Source: Pseudoalteromonas tetraodonis (GTDB lineage Bacteria; Pseudomonadota; Gammaproteobacteria; Enterobacterales; Alteromonadaceae). From it: a stretch of 32,000 nucleotides of DNA. The stretch spans positions 3,300,001 through 3,332,000 of the forward strand of contig NZ_CP011041.1 in the NCBI RefSeq assembly GCF_002310835.1. The letters run 5' to 3'. Below the pieces are notes generated by a model. That model made no database searches. It saw only the letters and a program-made list of their open reading frames with translations, and was not told the DNA's origin. The position numbers and the translations under genes were made by a program. Below, piece by piece: positions 25,593 to 32,000 of the stretch (within the stretch, counting starts at the first letter, position 1; every line of letters begins with the position of its first letter).

Positions 25593-28500
25593 ATGAAAAA
25601 ACTAACAACATTGGCTCTTGCCTTGGCTGCAGCAATCGCGCCGGGTGTATCGGCCTATGAGACTAAAGACACTCGTTTACTCCGCTTTCCAGATATCCAT
25701 AACCAAACCGTTACCTTTGTCTACAGTGGCGATATTTATATTGCGAATACGCAAACAGGCGAAAGCAAACGCTTAACCGACCATATTGGATTTGAAACAT
25801 TTCCTAAGTTTTCCCCTGACGGTAAGCGCATTGCATTTTCAGCCGAGTATAACGGTAGCCGACAAATTTATGTGATCAACAGTGACGGTTCAAACCTAAA
25901 GCAACTTACTTATTATAATGACGTTGGCCCAATGCCACCGCGTGGAGGTTTTGATTACCGCGTTTTAGATTGGACCGCCGATGGTAAAAATGTGCTATTT
26001 AGAGCTAACCGCACACCATGGGGAAAACGTATGGGCCGCCCTTACATGGTTCCTGCAGATGGCGGACTTGAACAGCCATTAGCGATTCCAGAAACTGGTG
26101 GCGGCATGCTATCTCCAGATGGCAGCAAGTATGTTTATACGCCAATTGACCGAGAGTTTCGTACGTGGAAACGTACTCGTGGTGGTCGTGCGCAAGATGT
26201 ATGGATTTATGATTTAGAAAAAAACACCTCAGAACAACTAACTACAAACCGTGCAACCGACCAGCAACCAACTTGGGTTGGTGACAATATTTACTTTGTG
26301 TCTGACCGTGATTACACGCTAAACCTTTACCAGTACCGCAAAGGCAGCGAACCAAAAAAACTTACCAACTATAAAAACTTTGACGTACTTTGGCCTTCAG
26401 CTGGCCCAAATGCGATTGTTTATGAAAACGGCGGTTATTTATATCGCTTTGACGCAAAAACACAAAAAAGCGCTAAGCTAAGCATTAACATTGCTGGCGT
26501 GCGCCAATACGCAATGCCATATAGCAAAAATGTTAGCGATTTTATTGATTCTATGTCGCTCTCTCACGATGGTAAACGCGCTGTATTTACTGCCCGTGGT
26601 GAGTTGTTTAGTGTACCAATTAAACAAGGGCCTACACGCAACTTATCTTACACAGAAAAAAGCCGCGAAATAGATGCAAGCTGGTCACCAAATGGGCGCT
26701 ACATAGCCTACATGAGCGATGAAAGCGGCGAGTACGAAATTTACTTAAAAGATCGCAGTAAAAATAATGCTATTAAGCAACTCACTAGCAATGGCACTAT
26801 TTGGCGCTTTACGCCCATTTGGTCACCAGATAGCTCTAAATTGTTGTTTTCAGATAAAAACAACACACTTTGGTGGTTAGATGCAAAATCGGGCAAGCAA
26901 CACAAAATTGATACCGGTATTTACGACGAAGATGGCATTACTCAATATACTTGGTCGCCTAACAGCCAAGACATTGTATTTGTTAAAAATAACGAAAACC
27001 GTTATGCCTCGCTATGGCACTACAACCTTAAAAAGAAAAAGGTAACGCGCTTAACAGACGAAATGAGTAATGAGCAAAACCCTACTTTTTCGCCTGATGG
27101 TCAATACCTTTACTTTAGCTCAGAGCGCGACTTTAATCTGGCATTTAGTAGCTACGAGTTTGATTACATGTTTAATCGAGCAACCCGTATTTATGCAGCT
27201 GCAGTAAACGATAGCGTTAAACCGCTTATTGCCTTACAAAGTGACGAAGCCACGATTGTCCAAGATAAAGAAGATGAAAAAGAAGACGACAAAAAAGTTA
27301 AAAATGCACTGCAAAGCAATGACTTTATGCAACGTGTTACCGCACTTAATGCCCCAGCAGGCGATTACCGTAGCTTAACCGCAGTAAAAGACGGCGTACT
27401 GACTCTTGCTAATGGCGGTTTACAGCTAATAGGCACCGATCACAACAGTGAGCTAGAAACAGTCGCCAAAGGCGTTAGTAATTACACCATTTCAAGCAAT
27501 AGCGAACACCTACTTGTACATACAGATGGCGGTTACAGCTTAATTGAACCTAAGCCAAAACAAGATTTAGACGCAAATAAGCTCGATTTAAGCAAAATGA
27601 CGCTTAAAATTAATCCGCAAGCAGAGTGGCAACAAATGTATGTAGAAGGTTGGCGCACACTGCGCGATTGGTTCTACGACGAAAACCATCACGGACAAGA
27701 TTGGGATGCTATTTTAGCTAAATACCAACCTATGGCTGATGCCATTAGCCATCGTAGCGACCTTGATTATGTTCTTAGCGAAATTGCCGGTGAAATTAAC
27801 TCTGGCCATATTTATGTGCAGTCGGGTGATATGCCTAAAGCAGAGCGTAAAAACCATGGTTTATTAGGCGCTAAGCTTGCAAGCGACCCATCTGGTTATG
27901 TAAAAATAGAACAAATCTTTAAAGGTGAAAACTGGCATGACGATTTCCGTTCACCGCTTGGCACCACAGGTGTAAAAGCACATAACGGCGATTACATTAT
28001 TGCGGTAAATGGCCGCTCAGTTAAAGACGTTGCTAACTTTTACGAACTCCTTGAAAACACCCAAGGCGAGCAAGTAGAGCTAGTGCTAAACAACAAGCCG
28101 CGTAGCAAAGGCGCATGGCAAATAACTGTAAAACCGATAGCAAGTGAGCAAGGCCTACGTTATTTAGACTGGGTTAATTCGCGTGCAGCCTACGTTGATA
28201 AGCTATCAAGTGGGCGTATTGGCTATGTGCACCTGCCAAATACAGCCTATGAGGGTAACCGCGCCATGTTTAAAAACTACATGCCGCAAACAACCAAAGA
28301 CGCCATGATTATTGATGACCGTTACAATGGCGGCGGTTTTATTCCTGAGCATATGATCACCTGGCTTGCGCGTAAACCGCTTAACTATTGGAAACGCCGT
28401 GGTGTAGAGCCAACTAAAACACCGCAGTTTGCACACAATGGTCCTAAAGCCATGCTAATAAATGGCTATTCAAGTTCTGGTGGTGACGCAATTCCTTACT

Positions 28501-28814
28501 ACTTCCGCCAAGCTGGTCTAGGTAAGCTAATTGGTACCCGTACATGGGGTGGTTTAATTGGTATTTCTGGTAACCCAAGCCTTGTAGACGGCGGGCAAGT
28601 AATTGCTGCTACATTCCGTATTTTAGATACAAAAGGTAACTGGATCATAGAAAACGAAGGTGTTGCACCAGATATTAAAGTAATCGATCGTCCTGAGCTT
28701 ATTTATAAAGGCCAAGACCCATCAATAGAGCGTGCTGTACAAGAGTTATTAAAGGAGCTTAAAGAAAACCCTAAGCAACCTTTAGTGGTGCCACCAGCAC
28801 CTACTGATTTTTAA
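25593..28814 (+). CDS. Tricorn-type protease homolog (TolB-like beta-propellers + PDZ + S41 peptidase)
   Basis: The track start at 25530 adds 21 aa. ATG 25593 gives the signal peptide MKKLTTLALALAAAIAPGVSA|YE. Repeated FSPDG/WSPDG/WSPNG propeller motifs. The C-terminal S41-like region has INGYSSSGGDAIPYYF. The size (about 1070 aa) fits tricorn homologs. Confidence 0.85.
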   Translation: MKKLTTLALALAAAIAPGVSAYETKDTRLLRFPDIHNQTVTFVYSGDIYIANTQTGESKRLTDHIGFETFPKFSPDGKRIAFSAEYNGSRQIYVINSDGSNLKQLTYYNDVGPMPPRGGFDYRVLDWTADGKNVLFRANRTPWGKRMGRPYMVPADGGLEQPLAIPETGGGMLSPDGSKYVYTPIDREFRTWKRTRGGRAQDVWIYDLEKNTSEQLTTNRATDQQPTWVGDNIYFVSDRDYTLNLYQYRKGSEPKKLTNYKNFDVLWPSAGPNAIVYENGGYLYRFDAKTQKSAKLSINIAGVRQYAMPYSKNVSDFIDSMSLSHDGKRAVFTARGELFSVPIKQGPTRNLSYTEKSREIDASWSPNGRYIAYMSDESGEYEIYLKDRSKNNAIKQLTSNGTIWRFTPIWSPDSSKLLFSDKNNTLWWLDAKSGKQHKIDTGIYDEDGITQYTWSPNSQDIVFVKNNENRYASLWHYNLKKKKVTRLTDEMSNEQNPTFSPDGQYLYFSSERDFNLAFSSYEFDYMFNRATRIYAAAVNDSVKPLIALQSDEATIVQDKEDEKEDDKKVKNALQSNDFMQRVTALNAPAGDYRSLTAVKDGVLTLANGGLQLIGTDHNSELETVAKGVSNYTISSNSEHLLVHTDGGYSLIEPKPKQDLDANKLDLSKMTLKINPQAEWQQMYVEGWRTLRDWFYDENHHGQDWDAILAKYQPMADAISHRSDLDYVLSEIAGEINSGHIYVQSGDMPKAERKNHGLLGAKLASDPSGYVKIEQIFKGENWHDDFRSPLGTTGVKAHNGDYIIAVNGRSVKDVANFYELLENTQGEQVELVLNNKPRSKGAWQITVKPIASEQGLRYLDWVNSRAAYVDKLSSGRIGYVHLPNTAYEGNRAMFKNYMPQTTKDAMIIDDRYNGGGFIPEHMITWLARKPLNYWKRRGVEPTKTPQFAHNGPKAMLINGYSSSGGDAIPYYFRQAGLGKLIGTRTWGGLIGISGNPSLVDGGQVIAATFRILDTKGNWIIENEGVAPDIKVIDRPELIYKGQDPSIERAVQELLKELKENPKQPLVVPPAPTDF

Positions 28815-28840
28815 TTTGCTGCTTAGCAATATTAGCTAAT

Positions 28841-28870
28841 AAAAAAACCCTGCAAATTTGCAGGGTTTTT
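28841..28870. terminator. Bidirectional rho-independent terminator between the convergent tricorn and helicase genes
   Basis: A7, then ccctgcaaatttgcaggg (28848-28865), then T5. The hairpin has U-tracts on both strands. Confidence 0.8.
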
Positions 28871-28906
28871 AATAATTCGAGTTTAATGACTTATATGTAT
28901 TAAGGC

Positions 28907-30208
28907 TTATCTTTTTCTCCAGCCGCTCCATACGTCATCTTCTTGGTTGGCTTTGTTTTTCTTCTTTTTCTTACCGGTACCTTCAGGCTTTGCCATTGGC
29001 TTATCATTTTTAAGTGCTTGTGCGGCATCAAGGTTGGCTTGGTTTACAGCAAAGCCTGTAACCTCTTCGCGCTCTAAACGTAGTTTGTTTTTCTTTTCAA
29101 TAATTCTAAAGTGATGAAAGTCTTCATAATCAATTAACGATAACGCTAAACCTACTTCACCGGCACGGCCGCTTCGGCCAATACGATGCATGTAATCAGC
29201 AGGGCTGCGCGGTAAGTTAAAGTTAATTACTACTGGTAGCTTTTCAATATCTAAACCACGGGCTGCAATATCGGTAGCAATAAGCACTTCAATCTCACCC
29301 GCTTTAAACTTTTCGATTACCCGAGAACGCTCGCTTTGGCCTTTATCACCATGGAATACTTGTGCATTCACGCCACGCTTTTCAAGTTTGCCCGCTAAAT
29401 GCTCACAGTCTTTTTTAGCATTGACAAAAATCAGCGCTTGGCGCCATTTGTGCTGCTTAATTAAGTGCGCTAAAACCGTGGTTTTCTCGCCTTTATTAAC
29501 CGTAAAAACGCGCTGTACAAGCGTGCTCTCTTCTTTACTTTGTACTTGTATTTCAACAGGGTTGGTTAACAGCTCTTGCGTTAAAAGCGTTACTTGCTCT
29601 GGGAAAGTCGCTGAAAACAACATGGTTTGCTTTTTAGCAGGCATAAGCGCTAATAAGTTAGCCAACTCTTCGGTAAAGCCTAAGCTTAATAAGCGGTCGG
29701 CTTCATCAAGCACTAAGGTATTTACTTTATCGAGCTTAATGGCGTTGCTTGATATTAAGTCGAGTAAACGCCCTGGGGTTGCTACGATAATATCGGCACC
29801 ACCACGTAGTGCCTGCATTTGGGTATTAACCGACACACCACCAAATACCGCCACCGTTTTAATGGCGCCATTAAAGTTAGCAGAATACGATTTAACATTA
29901 TCAGCTACTTGCACTGCCAACTCACGGGTAGGTACCAAAATAAGCCCTGAAACAAAGTTATCTTTGCTCGGCGTTTTATTCGCGCCTTTTGCTAAAAATA
30001 GCGTTTGTAGCATAGGCAAAGCAAAGGTTGCTGTTTTACCTGAGCCGGTATTTGCCCCCGCAATTAAATCGCTACCAGCAAGTACATTTGGGATCGCCTT
30101 AGCTTGAATTGGCGTAGGTTGGCTATATTGCAAATCAGTTAAACGAGCTTGTAGCTCTGGAATAAGGCCAAGATCGTTAAAAGTACTAGGGCTTGCGGCT
30201 GAGGTCAT
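28907..30208 (-). CDS. rhlE: DEAD-box ATP-dependent RNA helicase (RhlE-like) with a basic C-terminal tail
   Basis: Q motif TPIQ, Walker A ANTGSGKT, DEAD (VLDEADRLL), SAT, HRIGRSGRAG. The tail is GTGKKKKKNKANQ. Confidence 0.88.
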   Translation of the reverse strand: MTSAASPSTFNDLGLIPELQARLTDLQYSQPTPIQAKAIPNVLAGSDLIAGANTGSGKTATFALPMLQTLFLAKGANKTPSKDNFVSGLILVPTRELAVQVADNVKSYSANFNGAIKTVAVFGGVSVNTQMQALRGGADIIVATPGRLLDLISSNAIKLDKVNTLVLDEADRLLSLGFTEELANLLALMPAKKQTMLFSATFPEQVTLLTQELLTNPVEIQVQSKEESTLVQRVFTVNKGEKTTVLAHLIKQHKWRQALIFVNAKKDCEHLAGKLEKRGVNAQVFHGDKGQSERSRVIEKFKAGEIEVLIATDIAARGLDIEKLPVVINFNLPRSPADYMHRIGRSGRAGEVGLALSLIDYEDFHHFRIIEKKNKLRLEREEVTGFAVNQANLDAAQALKNDKPMAKPEGTGKKKKKNKANQEDDVWSGWRKR

Positions 30209-30469
30209 ATTTATTACGGGCTTATTGCTAAAAAGTAGCCTGTAATTTTAGCGTATTTAGCAGCTATTAAGTAGAGGTTAGTGATCTAAATAAAATGCAT
30301 CTTGTTTTATTAAACGATGATTCACTGAATATCACTTTGCATTAATACTATTTTTCACATACATCAATCATTACAAATAATAGCTGAACACGCTGTATTA
30401 TTGATTTCAACATTTCAAGTGTGTTATTTTTGCGGCCTGATGGATTAATTTTAGATACAAGGAAATGTC

Positions 30470-31558
30470 ATGTCTCAATTTGATTTATGTTTCAATACGA
30501 AAAGTCGAGCAAGTTTACCTTTTAACAGTAATGACTTAGAGCAATTAAAGCGATTTAGAGAGGATAACCCTCATATTATAGGTAACTTTATACCTCAAGG
30601 AACCCCGTTCATTTTAAGAACTCCACAATCTGGGGATATGAGTGATTTCAGGCGCTCTCGTCCTGACATAGCTTGTGCACTTGATAATACGGTGTCTTGG
30701 CCTGAGCATACAAAGAGAAATGTCAGTACTATAGTAAACAACTTCGGTGATGAAGATGCTTTGGCTATTGCCGCGCTATACGATGCGGAAATATCTCCAT
30801 ATGTTGATAAAGTAAGAGGTTTAACGAGTCAACAAGTTCTTGGAAGAAATCTTGATACCTTGACTGCCACTGGCGCAGCACTTACTTCATTAGAGTCAAG
30901 CCAAGTGAGATTAAGTACATTTGGAAAAGCGATTCTAAAATACCAAACTAGCTTAATTGAAATTAGAAAAGCATCGCAGAACAAGCAACCTAAATTAGAA
31001 TTAATCAAACTAGGTAACAAAGCTAAGCAAGCCCATCTAGAGTTAAACACTGAATTTAAAAGAGAAATGGTTAAATTCAAAGGCAAAGTGAAAGCATCTG
31101 CACGGGGTAATATCTGGTCTAATGCGCAACGAGGCATAGATACAGCAAGAAGCGCAAGAAGTTCAGCTCCCTTGCAATTAACTTCTTTAGCTAACATACA
31201 GCACTTACGTAAATTAGAGCAAGGATCCAACATTGCAGGAAAGTTTGTTATTGCGATTGATGCTGGTCTTCGAGCTGATAGCGTTTATGACGATTACAAA
31301 GCAGGTAAAGACTGGCAGCGCAGTGCAGTAAGGGAAGCTACAGGTTTTGGTTTAGGGACAGCTGCAGGAGCCTATGTTGGCGGTACGACTATAACCGCAG
31401 GGGTAGGAATAGCAATTGCAATGGGTCCAGTTGGCTGGGTAATTCTTATAGGTGTAGGCTTGGGGGCTGGTTATGCTGCAGGTAAAGTTGGTGATGCTGT
31501 TGGAAAGGGTTTCTCAGGTCTAGTTTATGACCTTAGCTCTAATATAAGCTGGTTTTAA
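30470..31558 (+). CDS. Hypothetical protein; candidate membrane pore-forming toxin (glycine-zipper / colicin-like C-terminal domain)
   Basis: RBS AAGGAAA before the ATG. The central region is Lys-rich and amphipathic-helical. The C-terminal hydrophobic Gly/Ala-rich hairpin of about 50 aa is GFGLGTAAGAYVGGTTITAGVGIAIAMGPVGWVILIGVGLGAGYAAGKVG. Arg codons are enriched in AGA/AGG and Ile codons in ATA compared with neighbouring genes. Confidence 0.35.
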   Translation: MSQFDLCFNTKSRASLPFNSNDLEQLKRFREDNPHIIGNFIPQGTPFILRTPQSGDMSDFRRSRPDIACALDNTVSWPEHTKRNVSTIVNNFGDEDALAIAALYDAEISPYVDKVRGLTSQQVLGRNLDTLTATGAALTSLESSQVRLSTFGKAILKYQTSLIEIRKASQNKQPKLELIKLGNKAKQAHLELNTEFKREMVKFKGKVKASARGNIWSNAQRGIDTARSARSSAPLQLTSLANIQHLRKLEQGSNIAGKFVIAIDAGLRADSVYDDYKAGKDWQRSAVREATGFGLGTAAGAYVGGTTITAGVGIAIAMGPVGWVILIGVGLGAGYAAGKVGDAVGKGFSGLVYDLSSNISWF

Positions 31559-31561
31559 GCT

Positions 31562-31924
31562 ATGTATCTTATGCCTGAAACTTTTTACTGGATAATAACT
31601 GGGCCATTTATAATTGCTTTTCTTATTTCAGCTTTGTGCTTCACTCGTATTTCAATGAAACACATAGAGAAGAAAATGCGTGAGGAAGGGATACATGAGC
31701 CACTTTGGGATAAAGGACTGGGCATAAGAGTGAGCATGTATGGCAAAGTAATAAGGCGGCAAAAACCCGCAAAGGCGACGGTTGTTAATGACGAAGCAAT
31801 TTTACGACACGCCAGACCTATCGATTTAATTTTAGCTCGCACAATGCATTACTCTTTCGTAATTATGATGACCCTAGCTGTATATGGTTATTTTGCATAT
31901 GACTTAGGTGAGCGCGCTTATTAA
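31562..31924 (+). CDS. Small two-TM membrane protein; candidate cognate immunity protein
   Basis: It starts 3 nt after the upstream stop. TM helices are FYWIITGPFIIAFLISALCF and YSFVIMMTLAVYGYFAY. No family recognised. Confidence 0.3.
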   Translation: MYLMPETFYWIITGPFIIAFLISALCFTRISMKHIEKKMREEGIHEPLWDKGLGIRVSMYGKVIRRQKPAKATVVNDEAILRHARPIDLILARTMHYSFVIMMTLAVYGYFAYDLGERAY

Positions 31925-32000
31925 TTTTGTGCCTAAATTATAATCGTTAGGTGTTATGTTGATAAATCATCTTGCACCTTAATATATGCTTACTTCTCTG

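Noticed and set aside
25593-28814. Tricorn-type protease as a fifth member of the zinc locus
   Set aside because: A strong terminator (25468-25497) separates it from the locus. It has its own upstream region, no Zur-box-like site was seen, and it has no His-rich features. Adjacency alone is insufficient.
29388-30107. 239-aa plus-strand ORF
   Set aside because: It lies entirely antisense to the DEAD-box helicase gene, whose conserved motifs (GSGKT, DEAD, SAT, HRIGRSGRAG) validate the minus frame. Its translation is low-complexity Ser/Leu/Cys/Thr-rich, as expected for a shadow ORF.
30829-31233. 134-aa minus-strand ORF inside the toxin-like gene (and the 85-aa one at 31585..31842 inside the immunity-like gene)
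   Set aside because: Both are antisense shadows with no RBS or signal features. The plus-strand frames have an RBS, tight coupling and coherent domain architecture. Confidence in the plus-strand genes is only moderate, so this rejection is less certain than the others.
1-32000. Looked for tRNA/rRNA genes, CRISPR arrays, integrase/transposase genes, and inverted terminal repeats flanking the codon-atypical right end
   Set aside because: None was found within the window. The boundary of any island containing 30470..31924 cannot be defined from this sequence alone.

Overview
This is a 32-kb chromosomal segment that looks like a marine Alteromonadales (Pseudoalteromonas-like) gammaproteobacterium. 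That assignment rests only on AT-rich codon usage and gene content. I support about 27 real CDS. I saw no rRNA, tRNA, CRISPR, IS, transposase or integrase.

Left to right:
- The 3' end of a porin-like OMP gene, then ybaN.
- A Fur-box-preceded operon (PepSY-TM / DUF2271 / DUF4198), followed by a separately transcribed TonB-dependent receptor.
- A solenoid-repeat lipoprotein and a small secreted protein.
- A KefB/KefC-type K+ efflux gene, whose 3' end overlaps an orphan secreted-protein gene.
- Two tandem PhoA-family alkaline phosphatase paralogs with a Pho-box-like site.
- A canonical cynR / cynTSX cyanate operon.
- A DUF3297 gene, a homocysteine S-methyltransferase-family gene and a secreted esterase.
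- A zinc locus: a zur-merC-like operon divergent from a His-rich TonB-dependent receptor and a His-rich beta-propeller-like lipoprotein, with two exact tandem Zur-box-like repeats between them.
- A tricorn-type S41 protease and a DEAD-box helicase.
- At the right edge, a codon-atypical two-gene module that looks like a glycine-zipper or colicin-like pore-forming toxin with a small membrane immunity protein.

The best candidates for something undescribed are:
1. The Zur divergon, as a possible ZnuABC-independent zinc import route.
2. The toxin/immunity-like pair.
3. The Fur-regulated PepSY/DUF2271/DUF4198 module, which carries a flavinylation-like motif.

All family assignments come from reading the translations by eye. 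No searches were run.
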